In this document: positions 20,181 through 43,240 of the stretch, piece after piece
Position numbering within the stretch: the stretch's first letter is position 1
Layout: each line of letters starts with the position of its first letter
Source of the DNA: the human T2T-CHM13v2.0 reference genome, Homo sapiens
NCBI RefSeq assembly: GCF_009914755.1
Contig: NC_060941.1
Reading direction: 5' to 3' (one strand)
Length of the DNA stretch: 64,000 nt
Notes under the pieces: model-generated
Told to the model about the DNA's origin: nothing
Seen by the model: the letters and a program-made list of their open reading frames with translations, nothing else
Databases searched by the model: none
Program-made: the position numbers and the translations under genes

Positions 20181-20888
20181 GATCAATTCTCAAAATTAAC
20201 CAATAACTTTAGTTGCTAAACATTTTAATTAGGGATTGAATTTTGTCAGCTCTTTTTTCAGCATCTGTTACTATTGTGAATTACATTGATAGATTTTTTT
20301 CAAAAGTGAAACCACTCTTTAAAATACTAGGATAAACTGTACTTAGTCTTGGTGTATTATTCTTTAAATGTGCAACTGAATTTTATTTGCTGTTTTTTAA
20401 ATTGTAAAATATGCATAACATAAAATTTACCATTTAAGCATTAAGTGTGTAGTTCAGTAGCATTAAATGCATTTACACTGTTGTTCAACTATTACCATGG
20501 TCTATTTTGAGAACTTTTTTATCTTCCCAAACTGAAAGTGTATACTCATTATATAATAACTCCCCTTCCCCCAGTGCCCTGCCCAGCCCTTAGCAACCAC
20601 CATTCTACTTTGTGTCTATAAATTTGACCATTCCAGATACCTCATATACGTGGAATCATATAGTATTTGTCTTTTTGTGACGGGGTTATTTCACTTAGCA
20701 TAATGTCCTCAGGGTTCATCCATGGTATAGCATGTGTCAGAATTTTCTTCTCCATTGTATATGTGTATCACATTTTGTTTAATCTGTTCATCCATGCCTG
20801 GACCTTTTGGCTGTTGTGAATAATGCTGCTATGAACATGGCTGTATAAGTAACCATTTCATTTCCTGCCTTCAGTTCTTTTGAGTGTA

Positions 20889-21225
20889 CAATTGTCCCTT
20901 GGTGTCCTTGGGGGACTGGTTTGAGGTCCTTCCTCCCACAGATATGAAAATCTGTGAATGCCCAAGTCCCTGATATAAAATGGCATAGTATTTGCACATA
21001 ACCTATGCACGTTCTCCCATATACTTTCAATCATTTCTGGATTACTTGTAATACCTAATACAATGTAAATACTATGTAAATAGTTATACTCTATTGTTTA
21101 GGGAATAATAACAAGGAAAAAAGCCTATACATCTTCAGTACAGGCAGTTTTTTTTTCCAAATATTTTCAAACCATGGTTGGTTGGATCCACATAGATGGA
21201 ACCCACAGATACAGAGGGCCAACTG
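20889..21225. mobile_element. MER2 (Tigger-family MITE) inserted in an L1
   Basis: TA-flanked termini caattgtcccttggtgtcc / gatacagagggccaactg. Confidence 0.8.
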
Positions 21226-21307
21226 TATACTTTGGGGGGTGGAGGGGGAATTGTTGGATCATATAGTAATTCTGTGTTTAAGTTTTTGAGGACTGTTTCA
21301 GTCTTGA

Positions 21308-21651
<344 letters not shown>

Positions 21652-22198
21652 TAGTAGAGACGGGGTTTCACTGTGTTAGCCAGGATGGTCTCAATCTCCT
21701 GACCTCCTGATCCAACCGCCTCAGCCTCCCAAAGTGCTGGGATTACAGGCGTGAGCCACCGCACCCAGCTATCTTTGCCCATTTTTTAATCCGGGTTTTT
21801 GTTTTTGTTGAGTTGTAGGAGTTCTTTTTTCAGTCCGTTATCCAGATATATGATATGCATATATTTTCTCCTTTTGGTGGGTTGCCTTTTCACTCTGCTG
21901 AAAGGGTCCTTTCCTGTACAAGTTTTTAATTATGCTGATCCAGTTTATCAATTTTTTTGTTGCCTCTGCTTTTGGTGTCATATCTAAGAAATCATTACCA
22001 GATCCAGTTTCATTAAGTTTTCTGTTTTCTTTCAAGAGTTTTATAGTTTTAGCCCTTATGTTTAGGTCTTTAATCCATTTTGACACAAAATTTTTGTGTA
22101 CAGTGTGTTTGCTATTAAGTCGCATTGGCCTGTAGTTTTCTTGTGCTGTTCTAATCTGGTGTTGATTTTGCTCTCCCTCTTTTTTTTTTCCTCTAAAA

Positions 22199-22969
<771 letters not shown>

Positions 22970-23069
22970 TTTTAGGACAGTTAACAGAAATTTTGTTAAA
23001 ATGAAAGGTAATATATTTGGAATTGGTCCTTCACTATTTCAGTTTCTGATTTTTTTTAATTGTTCAGAT

Positions 23070-23100
<31 letters not shown>

Positions 23101-24252
23101 GAGATGGAGTCTTGCTGTGTGGCCCAGGTTGGAGTGCAGTGGCGTGATCTCGGCTCACTGCAACCCTTGCCTCTCAGGCTCAAGCGATTCTCCTGCCTCA
23201 GCTTCCCTGAGTAGCTGGGATTACAGGTGCACACCACCATGCCCAGCTAATTATTGTATTTTTAGTAGAGACAGGGTTTCACCATGTTGGTCAGGCTGGT
23301 CTCGAACTCCTGACCTCGTGATCCGCACTCCTTGGCCGCCCAAAGTGGTGGGATTACAGGTGTGAGCCACCGCATCCGGCCCCAGATTTTACTTTTTCAG
23401 CTAATTTTGGTTATTTACATTTATTTAGAGACAGGGTCTCACTGTGTAGCCAGGACCTCCTGGGCTCAGGTAATCCTCCCACCTCAACCTCCTAAGTAGC
23501 TGGGATTACAGCATGTGACACCACATCTGGCTAATTTAAAAGAAAAAATTGTTTTGTAGAGATGAGGTCTTGCTGTGTTGTCCAGGCTGGTCTTAAACAC
23601 CTGGGCTCAAGCAGTTCTCCTGCTTTGACTTCCCAAAGGGATTATAAGCATCAGCCACCACACCTGGCTAGAATCAGCTTTTTGATTATTCATTGTCCGC
23701 TGTCTTTTAGTTTTCTATTTTATTACTTTTTTCTTTTATCTTTATTATCTCCATATAATCTTCCTTTGATATTAGTTTGTTGTCTTTTACAATTAATTTT
23801 TTTCTAAGAAATTTATTAATAGCTGTAAATTCTTCTTCAGTGCTGCATTGAGTGCATGCCACAGGCTTTTATTTAGTGACCACATTGTGTATTTTTTAGA
23901 CATAATTTGTAATTTTTGTTTTGATTCTGTTTTTAATATAAAACGTTTAGAATTAGGCTTTTAATTTTCAAATATTTGGCCTTTTTCCTCCACTTTTTGC
24001 TGTTAATCCTAATTCATTTTGTCTATAAACATGTCCATGGCCCATGTGACTTCTGTTTTTTTGTAGTTTTTTTACATTTTCTTAGTATCTTAATAAATGG
24101 TCACATTTTGTGACAATTCATGTATGTTTGAAATGAATGTTTTCCCTGTTTTCTTTAAAGTACTATATACCTTTACATACATATGTACGTTTGAATATGT
24201 ATTTGTGCTTTGTTAATTGGCACAAACAAATTGGTTATCGTGACAATTTTTA

Positions 24253-24566
<314 letters not shown>

Positions 24567-25278
24567 TTAAATGTGAATATCTTTAGGTGGGGCATGCTCT
24601 CTTTGATTAGCTGTAGTTTCTTCCACTCCCTACTGTATTACAAGAGGCTGTGTATCTCTACCTTGCAAACAATTTGTGTATCTCGTCCAACCTTAATTCT
24701 TTTATTCACATCTATATCCTTTCTCACTGGTCTACATGATTTTTATAAGTGTGGTGTGGTAGTTTTCCACTATGGTTATAGTATTTTAAATATCTCTTTT
24801 GAAATAAGGTTTTTTTAAATGTATTTCAAAACTATGTTAAATATGTAAAGACTCATTACTTTTTTAAAAATGTATTTTATTTTTTTAGAGACGGGGCAGG
24901 GGTGGGTTTTGCTTTGTTGCCTAGGCAGGAGTGCAGTGGCTCTATCATAGCTCACTGCAGCCTCGAACTCCTGGGCTCAAGTAATCCTCCCATCTCAGTC
25001 TCCAGAGTAGTTGGGAATATAGGCATGTGCCACCACGCCTGGCTAATTAAAAAAAAAAAAAAAGTCGTAGAAATGAAGTCTTGCTATGTTGCCCAGGCTG
25101 GTTTGGAACTCCTGGCCTCAAACGATCCTCCCACCTCAGTCTCCCAAAGTGCTGGGACCTCACCCGACCTAAGTATTAGAAATAGTGTATCTTAAGTGTT
25201 TAGTCCAGTGCATAACACAGAAGTGCAATAAGTGGTAGCTATATTGCTGCAATAATAATTATATCTGTGCAGTAATTA

Positions 25279-26151
25279 CTATTCATCATTAGTGGTCTGA
25301 AAGTTTCCTGTGTTGTCTCCATCCGACTTTGTTTTTGACTGTCGTATTTGATATCCTGGCTTTTTTGTGACCTTTTAATAGAATCATGATTGCAAATTTG
25401 GGTTTGTGGCCATTCACTACGTACCATTATATTAGAAAAATTCCATAAATAAGGCAGTTATGTCCATAATTACATTTTTGAGTTATTGTTTTATTTGGTT
25501 TGTGTACAATCTCATTGCACTCTTTTTACTCAACCTGTTTGACAATTTCTAATTGGAAGATAATGTAAGCTTTACTTCCAAATTTATGAAGTTAAATAAC
25601 AAAATTAGCTTTCTGTTTCTCCAAAATCATACACATCTGCTTCCATATACTGACAGGCTTTGATATTACCCATTCCAACTTTACCATAAAAGTCATTAAA
25701 AAGAAGTTTTTCCTTTATTTTCATGTTGTGTTTCAGTGTATGTTGTCAGACAGAAAGCAATAATCCCTCATCTCACTCCTGAATTTATCAAAAGCTGGAA
25801 ATAAAATAGATCAAATCACTTTCTGAAACAAAATTACTTTATTAGTTTAGTAATAATTTGAGGTTACTTTAAAGATAAGAAGCAGCATTTGGAAGGAGAT
25901 TCATTTCCTGCCTTTGGGCTTTATCTGCAAGAAGTACATCTTTAGTGTCAAGAGATTGTGTATTTATAACTGAACTCTAATAAAATCTGTACTGGGGACC
26001 CTGCACACCTGACTTGGTCATTGTGGTTATATATTAGGTGCCAAACTATTGCTTGTCTCTTGAAAAAAAAATACATTGCCAAGTGTTTTTCATTAAAATT
26101 TGCCCTGTGTAGAAAAGGTTATAAGACCTTTGACTGTTCATTATAAGTGTG
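25279..26151 (-). pseudogene. Cluster of pseudo-exons m-p (25868-26058/26151; 25635-25794; 25474-25548; about 25279-25417)
   Basis: AG/GT-bounded segments separated by short AT-rich introns (73, 73, about 86 nt); peptides KIKEKLLFNDFYGKVGMGNIKACQYMEAD and KLSNRLSKKSAMRLYTNQIKQ*LKN. Confidence 0.55.
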
Positions 26152-26224
26152 CTAGTTGTTACCAACATAGTTAATGATGTTCCTTTTGAAAATAAGTTTG
26201 TGTTTCTAACTGAAACAAACTTAC

Positions 26225-26580
26225 GGAGTTTTTCTTTTATTGGTTAATTAAGCAATAATTGGAAAACATGTCATTAATTCTAGTATATATGTTTTCACTA
26301 AAGCTTATTAAATATTTGCATTTCCGATAGCACAGTAGGGTGACTAGTCAATAATAATTTGTATATTTTAAAATAAAGAATGTAATTGAATTGTTTGCAA
26401 CTAAGTATAAAAGCTTGAGGGGATGGATAACCCATTCTCCATGATGTGCTTATTTCACATGGCATGCCTGTATCAAAACATCTCATGTACCCCATAAATG
26501 TATACATGTACCATGTACCCACAAACATTTTAAAAATAATTTTTTAAAAATTATAAATATTTTTCTACCACTATTTTTGG
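26225..26580 (-). pseudogene. Pseudo-exon l, interrupted by an L1MA 3' end: PKIVVEKYL[L1]ISFSENIYTRINDMFSNYCLINQ*KKNS
   Basis: cgttag acceptor, perfect TCC|gtaagt donor; the frame is restored when the L1 and one taaatattt copy are removed. Confidence 0.55.
26326..26553 (+). mobile_element. L1MA-type 3' end fragment
   Basis: gatagcacagtagggtgact...catctcatgtaccccataaat...A-rich tail. Confidence 0.8.
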
Positions 26581-27845
26581 CTAACGTTACAGAATATTGA
26601 AAACTGTATTCTGATTTTTTTTCCCTTTAATCAGTATTTTAGACTATATGCGAGTGTCAGGGAACTATACCGTTTTCCTTATGAGCAATCTAAAATTACC
26701 CTCCTATTCACAACCCGTTTATGCTTCTCCCACCTTTTGCTGTGGTTTTTGTTTTTTGTTTTTTAATCTCAGAGAAATTGTCACGCAAGGCATGTAAGAT
26801 TATTATTATTATTATTATTATTTTTTTTTTTTGAAGCAGAGTCTCACTCTATTGCTTAGGCTGGAGTGGAGTGGCACAATCTTGGCCCTCTGCAACCTCT
26901 GCCTCCCAGGTTCAAGAGATTCTCCTGCCTCAGCCTCCTGAGTAGCTGGGATTACAGGCATGCACTATCATGCCCAGCTAATTTTTGTATTTTTAGTAGA
27001 GACATGGTTTCTCCATGTTGGTCAGGCTGGTCTCAAACTCCTGACCTCAGGTGATCTGCCCACCTCGGCCTCCCAAAGTGCTGAGATTACAGGAGTGAGG
27101 CCACTGTGCCCGGCAACATAAGATTATTTTCGAACTGCATCCTTCATGACATTTATATGTGTATTTGCAACTGTATGTGTATGTATATGTATAGACACAC
27201 ACATCCCTATGTCTATATAGATATATCTGTCTTTCTGGAAGTACGACATCTCTTTTACAAAGGAAAGAACTGTTATGCCTATGCATACAATACACTTCTT
27301 TTTTGAAACATGTTCGGAGAATTGTTAGTCATGCTCCTCATTTCAAGGCGCACACTCCTATCATCAGCCTAGCCTGCACAAAGCTCTTTTCTTCTTTATT
27401 AATTTTCCTCTTCTGATCCCCTCTCATTCCCCTTTAAATATATATATGTGCTGCTTGGATATCCGTGTTTGATATATGTGCTGATGTGTTTGACATATGT
27501 GCTACCTGGATATCTGTGTATACTTTTAAATTATATTTTGTTTTGAGTACATATGATTTTGTAAACATAAATGTTACTGCATTATCTCATTTTTTTAGTC
27601 AACACTGTGTTACAGTATGTATACCTAGTTAATTGTTTTTAACTACAGCATATACGTCTACTGTATTTTATCTATCCCATTCCTTCTGAGATAAACACTT
27701 AAGTTACCTTCAGTTCCCTGCTACCACAGTGATATTATTTTAAAAAATTCTCATACATGTCCCAGTAGAAACCCTTGTGAAAGTTTTTATGGGGATATAT
27801 ATTCAGGGGTGGGATTTCTAGATCATAGGGTATGTATATAAATTA

Positions 27846-28192
<347 letters not shown>

Positions 28193-28963
28193 TTACATTT
28201 TCATTGGTGGCCACTGTTGTTTTTCTCATCAGCCGTTTATTTATTTACTTTTTTTTTTGGAGACAATTTTTACAGTACCATCCACAAATAGTGGATACAT
28301 TTTTTCCTGATTTGTGGGTCATCTTCATTATGTTGTATTTCCGTATATCCGTGAATCTGCTGCTAAGCTTTCCTGTTTTATTTTTATATGTTGCTGTGCC
28401 AAAACATAGTTTGTTTTGTTTTAGACAAGGACCCACACTGTTCCTCAGGCTTGAGTGCAGAGGCATGACCATGGCTCACTGCAGCCTCGATGTACGGGGC
28501 TCAAGCAATTCCCCCACTTTTGTCTTCCGAGTAGCTAGGACTGCAGGTGCATGCCACCATGCCCAGCTAATTTTTGTATTTTTGTAAAGTTGGAGTTCTG
28601 CCGTGTTACTGATGCTGATCTCGAACTCCTAGCCTCAAGCAGTTCTCTTTCCTTGGCCTTTCAAAGTGCTGGGATTACATGTGTGAGCCACTGTGCTTGG
28701 CCAAAATATCGTTTTTTAAATTATTGTAGCTTAGTATATCTAGTTGAGTGAGCCCCCTACTCTACACTTCTTTTTCAAACTTGATCAAACTATTTGTGGA
28801 CTTTTATTGTTATATAGATAAAGTTTGTGAAATTCCTTCAAAATTAAAACTCTTCTGAGATTTGTATTAGAACTGCCTTGGATTTATAAGTTATATTAGT
28901 CTTTAAGGAACTACATGTAAGTGTGGTATAGTTCTTCCTTCATTTAGACTTTTTAAATTTTAA

Positions 28964-29296
<333 letters not shown>

Positions 29297-29701
29297 TAGA
29301 GGCGTGCAGCACCATGCCCAGCTAATTTTTGTATTTTTAGTAGAGATGGAGTTTTGCCCTGTTGGCCAGGCTGGCCTCAAGCAGTCTGCCCACCTGGGCC
29401 TCACAAGGTGTTGGGATTACAGGCGCAAGCCACCACACCTGAGCCTAATCAGATTTACTGTAATAGTTTGTTTAAACCATCTGCTTCATCTCTTCTAGTC
29501 CTTATACCTCTTTTTCCTGTTTTACTTTATTAGACAAGTTTTCAGTAGTATGTTGAAAAATGTCCTTAGTGGGCATTCTGACCTGTCTATCCTAAGTGAT
29601 ATCCTAAGCTTCTGAAGTTTTTCCATTAAGTTTGATTTTTGTTATTGGCTTTTGGTATATAGACTTTTTCTTTTTCTTTTCTTTTCTTTTTTTTTTTTTG
29701 A

Positions 29702-29902
<201 letters not shown>

Positions 29903-30362
29903 TGAACTCCTGACCTCAGGAGATCTGCCCACCTTGGCCTCCTAAAGTGCTGGGATTACAGGTGTGAGCCACTGCACTCGGCCAGACTTTTGTTTGTTTG
30001 GTTGGTTGGTTTTGTTTGTTTTGTTTTGTTTTGTTTGAGATGGAGTCTCGCTCTGTTGCCCAGGCTGGAGCGCAGTGGCCAATCTCGGCTCACTGCAAGC
30101 CCCGCCTCCCAGGTTCACGCCATTCTCCTGCCTCAGCCTCCTGAGTAGCTGGGACTACAGGCGCCCGCCACCACGCCCGGCTAATTTTTTATATTTTTAG
30201 TAGAGACGGGGTTTCACCATGTTAGCCATGATGGTCTCAATCTCCTGATGTCGTGATCTGCCCGCCTCAGCCTCCTAAAGTGCTGGGATTACAGGTGTGA
30301 GCCAGTGCGCCCAGCCCCGGCCAGACTTTTTTAAGTTAAGGAACTCTTCTATTCATCACTGA

Positions 30363-30663
<301 letters not shown>

Positions 30664-30944
30664 TAGCCTGACAATTTTTTATAAATCACAAATAGGTACT
30701 AAATGCCTTCCTGAATTTATTGAGCTAGTTAAGTCATTTTTCTCCTGTGGTTCATTAATATGGTTTATTAGATTGATACATTTTTAAATGTTAAACCATT
30801 CTTGAATTTCTGGCTTAAATCCTTTTGAGCAGGATGTATTATTTTTAATATGCTAGTAAACTCAATTCACTAAAACTTGATTTAGGGTTTTCAAACATCT
30901 ATGTCTATAAGTGGGAAAGGCTTTGTTTATTGTCTAAAAATGTC

Positions 30945-31314
30945 TGTAGGATTTTAATTTATGGAGGTGACAAATGACATATTGAGACTAATGCCCTTTA
31001 AAAGAAGATTATTGTTATGTACATTTACTGACAGGAGAAGACATGCCATTTCATTCAGGGCTACATAGGGAAGAACCAGTTTGGATCAGGAAAAGCCTGG
31101 TTCAGAGTCTTTATTGTATTTTTCATGGGAAAGGAAGGGAAACAGTTTAGGATTGGCTAGTTTGAATCTTGTCAGTTGCCTCTGGGCTGTAGCGGTGATC
31201 ACCAGTTTTTTTGTATCTGGCCCTGGGCAATGAAGGCAGAGGACTATTGCTTCCTGGCTTGTAGGGGCCAGAGGAGATGGTTCTAAGTTTGGGCTGTGGA
31301 TTGGCTGATTTACA
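30945..31314. mobile_element. ERVL-type LTR (MER74/MER54-like)
   Basis: TG...CA ends; tttaggattggctagtttgaat motif. Confidence 0.55.
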
Positions 31315-32071
31315 GTTTTTGGAATATGTATCTGTTCTGCCCAGGTTTTCAGATTTAATTGTTCACGATAGTGTTTTTTAAATCTTTCATCTACTGTTAC
31401 TTGCATCTCTTTACTTTTCTTGATTAATCTTGCCAAAAGTTTGTCTATCTTATAAAATCTTTTGAAATAACTAGCCTTTGATTTTGTTCATCTATATTTT
31501 GTTGATTTATTCTCTAATTTCTGCCCATATGTTTATTGCTTCCCTGGGTTATTTTGTCAATCTTCCTAAGTTTCTTTTTGAGTACTATTTTAGCTGTATC
31601 TCACAAGTTTTGGCATGTAGTGTTTTCAGTGTTATACATTTATAAATATTTTGTAATTTCCTTTATGATTTGTTTAACCTGAAGACTTACAGGTATAGCT
31701 TTTAGTTTTGACATACAGGTTTGGTTTTCTCAAGGATATTTTTATTGCCGTTTCTATTCTTTTATTTAATTTTTACTTAAAAAAATAGAGATGGGGTCTT
31801 GCTGTGTTGTCCGGGCTTGTCTTGAACTCTTGGTCTCGAGTGATCCTCCAACCTTGGCCTCCCAGAGTGTTGGGATTACAGGTTTGAGCTACTGCACCTG
31901 GCTGCTGTTTTTATTCTTATGTTTTATTGTGTTATGACCAAAGAACATAAGATTATCTGATGTTTATTTTTATTCTTGATCTATTTGTTATCATAGAGGA
32001 GTAAGATTGCCATCTAAAATGGTTGCTGTCCTTATATTTCTGAGAGTTGATGCTTTTTATTTATTCATTTA

Positions 32072-32236
<165 letters not shown>

Positions 32237-32655
32237 TTAGTTAGGCATGCTTGTGGCACATGCCTGTGGTCCTAGCCACACAGGAGGCTGAGGCAGGAGC
32301 ATCACTTGAGCCCAGGAGGTCAAGGCTGCAGTGAGCCATGGTCAAGCCACTATACTCCAGCCTGAGTGACAGAGCAAGACCCTGTCTCAAAAAAAAAAAA
32401 AAAAAAAATACCAAAAGCTCTGTGGTTTTTAGTATATTCACAGAATTGTGCAGCCATCATCACTATTTTAGAATTTCATCACCCAGAGAGAAACCTGATC
32501 ATTAGCAGTCACTCCTAATTCTTCCCTCTACTCTGCCCTTGGCAATCACTAATTGACTTTATGTCTCTACAGATTTACCTATTTGGGACATTTCAAATAA
32601 ATGGAATAATATAATGTAATACATGTTGTAGAGATCTTTTTTTTTCTTTTTTTAG

Positions 32656-32853
<198 letters not shown>

Positions 32854-32916
32854 TGAACTCCTGACCTTGTGATCTGCCTGCCTTGGCCTCCCAAAGTGCT
32901 GGGATTACAGGTGTGA

Positions 32917-33566
<650 letters not shown>

Positions 33567-33832
33567 TGACTCTTTTATTTTAGTCATCCTGTTGGGTACG
33601 AAGTGGTATTTCAATGTGGTTTTGATTTGCATTTCCCCAGTGGCTAATGATGTTGAGCACCTTTTCATGTGCTTTTTGGCCATTTGTATATCTTCTTTGA
33701 AATAAATTTGTATTTCTTCTTTGAAAAAAGTGTTCAACTCCTTTGTCCATTTTTTAGTTTGTCTTTTTATTGTTGAATTGTAGGAATTCTTTATGGGCTG
33801 CAAGTTCCATAACAGATACATGATTGCAAATA

Positions 33833-34295
33833 CAGTTGATTCTTGAACGATAGGGGGGTTAGAGCTACCAACACCCGTGCAGCTGAAAACTTTTGACTAC
33901 CCCAAAACTTAACCACCAGTAGCCTATTGTTGACCAGAAGCCTCGTTGATAAACAGCTAACACACTTTTTATATGTATTATATACTGTATTCTTACAGTT
34001 AAGCTAGAGAAAAGAAAATGTTATTAGGAAAATCATAAGGAAGATATATAATAAAATATATTTCCTATTTATTAAGTAGAAGTGGATCATCATAAAGGTC
34101 TTCCTGTTCATCATCATCTTCACATTGAGCTAGCCGAGGAGAAGGAGGGATTGGTCTTACTGTTTCTGAGTGCCAGAGACAGAAGAGGTGGAGGAGGTGA
34201 AAGGTGAGGCAGGCACATTGGGTGTAACTTTTACTTAAAATCTACATATAGGTGTGCCCATGCAGTTCAAACTTGTATTGTTCAAGAGTCAGCTG
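33833..34295. mobile_element. Tigger2a/MER28-like element
   Basis: TA-flanked TIRs cagttgattcttgaac / gttcaagagtcagctg. Confidence 0.8.
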
Positions 34296-34677
34296 TATTT
34301 TTTTCCCATTCTGTGGGTTGTCACTTTCTTTTTTTTTTTTTTTTTTTTTTTTTGAGACAGAGTTTTTCTTTTGTTACCTAGGCTGGAGTGCAGTGGCGCA
34401 ATCTCAGCTCACCGCATCCTCCGCCTCCTAGGTTCAAGTGATTCTCCCAAGTAGCTGGGATTACAGGCATGCGCCACCACGCCCGGGTAATTTTGTATTT
34501 TTAGTAGATACAGGGTTTCTCCATGTTGGTCAGGCTGGTCTCAAACTCCTGACCTCAGGTGATCTACCTGCCTCGGTCTCCCAAATGGTGGGATTACAGG
34601 CGTGAGCCACCACACCTGGTGTGTTTGTCACTTTCTTGATGGCTTTTGAAGCAACAATTTATTTTGATGAGATTTGA

Positions 34678-34908
<231 letters not shown>

Positions 34909-36620
34909 TGATCTGCCCGCCTCAGCCTCCCAAAGTGCTAGGATTACAGGCGTGAGCCACCGTGCCCAGCCTAAGAATTTTTTTTTTTTTTTTTTTGGTC
35001 ATTTGGACTTTTGGTTTTAGCTACACAGATTTTGTCATGTGTCTAATTCAAGGTCACAAAGATTTACTTGTATTTTTTCTTCTGTGAGTTTTATAGCTAA
35101 ATGTAAACGTTTAGATTAACTCCATTTGAGTTATTTTTTGCAAAGGGGGTAAGGTAAGGGCCCAACTTCATTCTTTTGCATATGTATATCTAGTTGTTCC
35201 AGCACCATTTATTGAATAGACTGTTCTTTCCCCTTTGAATTGTCTTGGTGTTGCTTTATTTACTTGGAAGATACATTGTTAAAAGCATAAATGTTTATGA
35301 TTGCTATTTCTTCTTGATCTGTTCCTCAGTATCTAGTAACCTACTTTGTTCTTCACATACGTTTCTCTTTAATTCTATTTTTCTGATTTTATAATTACTA
35401 TCAAGCTTTTGATTCATATTTGCCTTTTGTATTTTTTCCCACTCATTTATTTTCAGCTTTTTTTTTTTTTTTTTTTTTTGAGACAGAGCCTTGCTCTGTT
35501 GCCCAGGCTGGAGTATAGTGGCATGATCTCAGCTCACTGCACTGCAACCTCTGTCTCCCAGGTTCAAGTGATTCTCATGCCTCACCTCTCCTCAGTAGCT
35601 GGGATTACAGGCGTGCACCACCACACCCTGCTAATTTTTGTATTTTTTTAGTAGAGACGGAGTTTTGCCGTGTTGGCCAGGCTGGTCTCAAACTCCTGGC
35701 ATCAAGTAATCTGCCTGCCTCAGCTTCCCAAAGTGCTGGGATTACAGGCATAAGCCACCGTGCCCGGCCTATTTTCGGCATTTTTATATCCTGTTGTATT
35801 TAGGCTCTTTTTGTAGACCTCCTATTTCTAGATCTTTTAAAAATCCAATCCCAGAGTTTGTTGTCTTTTTTTCTCTCTCTCATTTAATAGGTTGAATTTT
35901 CTTTTCCTAGTTTGAAATGTACACATTTCATTGTGTTTCAGTTAAAATTTTGGTCATTATCCCAAACCAATCTATGCTTACATTTATACGTTTGGTTTCT
36001 TTTATTGTTGTTATAAGTATCTTTATATCACTCACTGCCTTCAACATAAATACCTTGGCACACTCTGGCTACCTTCTGGTTGTCTTCTCTCCCTCTCTTC
36101 CACCTGCTGCTTGCCTTGCCACTGTGTTTATATCATCCAGATGAGGTGTTGGCAAACTATGTCTCATGTTGGCATCCTTTTTTAAAATAAAGTTTTATTG
36201 GAACACAGCCTTGCCATTTGTCTGTCTGTGGCTACTTTTGTGCTACATGACTAGATGCAACAGGCCACATGGTCCACCAACCTGTGTATTCACCATTTGT
36301 CCCTTGAGGAAATTTGCTGACCCCTGCTCTGGATCTGTGCTAATATGATAGCCAGTTTAGTCTTAGAGGCTGTTTTAGCTTAAGTAAAATTTAAAAATTA
36401 GTTCCTTAGTCACATTAGCCACATTTAATGTGTTCTATAGCCACGTGTGACTGGTGGCTAACATATTGGACAACACAGGTAAAAGATATTTTAGTCATTT
36501 CAGAAAGTTGTATAGCCCTGCTCTAGATTTCGTCCTGGATTGTTATGGTTGTTTTTTGTCTTATTTTAAAAGATAATATTAGGGCCAGGTGTGGTGGCTA
36601 TCACATGTGCTGTAATCTCA

Positions 36621-36914
<294 letters not shown>

Positions 36915-36953
36915 TTACCTTTCATGTATCTCATAATATTATTATTGGGAGTA

Positions 36954-37477
36954 CAGGTTGAGTATCCCTTTCTGAAATGCTTGGGGCCAGGTGTGGTGGC
37001 TGGCGCCTGTAATCCCAGCACTTTCTGAGGCTGAGGCGAGAGGATTGCTTCAGCCCTGGAGTTCAAGAACAGCTGGGCAACACAGTGATACCCTGTCTCT
37101 ACAAAACACTAAAAAATTACCTGTGTGTAGTGGTACATACCCGTAGTCCCAGCTACTCAGAGGCCAAGGTAGGAGGATCGCTTGAGCCTGGGAAGTCAAG
37201 GCTCCTGTGAGCCATGATCGTGCCACTGAACTCCAGCCTGGGCAACAGAGTGAGACCCTGTCTCAAAAAAAAAAAAAGAAGAAAAGAAAAAGAAAGAAAT
37301 GAATGCTTGGGACCAGAAGTGTTTCAGATTTCAGATTTTTTCAGATTTGGGAATATTTGTATTATACTTAACAGCTGAACATTCCTAATCCGAAAATCCA
37401 AAATGCTTCTTTGAGCATACTGTTGACACTGGAAAAGTTTTAGATTTGGGATTGTTGGATTAGGGATATTCAGCCTG
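36954..37477. mobile_element. Tigger4/MER46-like element interrupted by an Alu (36985-37300)
   Basis: TIRs caggttgagtatccc / gggatattcagcctg; Alu TSD aatgcttggg. Confidence 0.8.
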
Positions 37478-38320
37478 TACTTCCTTTATTTTCAAAGAGG
37501 GCTTTTATGAGGCAGACCTGAGATTTTATGTGCTTAAAACATCTTTAGTTTTGATGATAGTTTTTCTGGATATATACTTTTTAGTTCAAAGTGCTTTCCA
37601 TCAGCACTTTAAAGTTACTCCATCTGGGTAATGTTAATTAAGATTTACTACCTTTTTTTTTCTTTTTAATTTTTGTGAGTATGAAGTAAATGTATATATT
37701 TATGGAATATGTGAGATATTTTGGTACGGGCATGTGGTGCATAATATGGATTACTTGTTCTTAAATCCCAAGTTGCTGATGAGGTATTTGATGACATTCC
37801 GATTGTACCCCTTTATAGGTGACCTACTCTTCCTTGTTGGAAACTCTTAGAATTTTCTTTTTGTCTTTCATTTCCTTAAATTTCATTATAATGTATCTAG
37901 TTGTTGTATATGCAGGCGTGTGTGTTTTATTTATCCTCTGTCCTCTTTTGCATTCAAAACCTGTTCAATATGATATTTTTCTCCAATTCTAGAAAATTAC
38001 CAGTCATTCAAATATTTCTTTGAATCTGTTTAGTTTATATGTCTTCCTCTGGGTCTTCTGTTACATAAATATCTTTCATATCACTATACCTTTTTTTGCT
38101 TTGTTTTTAAGAGATGGGGTCTCACTATATTGCCCAGGCTGAAATGCAGTGGCATTTCATGATCATAGTGCACTATGCCTCAAACTGCTGGGCTCAAGTG
38201 ATCCTCTTGCCTCAGCCTCCTGGCTGTAGCTAGGACTACAGACGTACACCATCGTGTGGCTTTTTTCTTTTTTTAAGCATTTTACCCTTTCCATGTGTGT
38301 TCTAGGAGTTTCTAGCCTAA

Positions 38321-38713
<393 letters not shown>

Positions 38714-38789
38714 TGACTATATTTTCCATGTACATTATTTCAAATAGTTTCTGTTGACCTTGTCTATCAGGACACCTTGCAGTAAATCC

Positions 38790-43240
<4,451 letters not shown>

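Noticed and set aside
26640-26800. [13 protein letters not shown] as a missing LRR exon
   Set aside because: The sequence looks like old L1ME ORF2 and has no clear splice sites.
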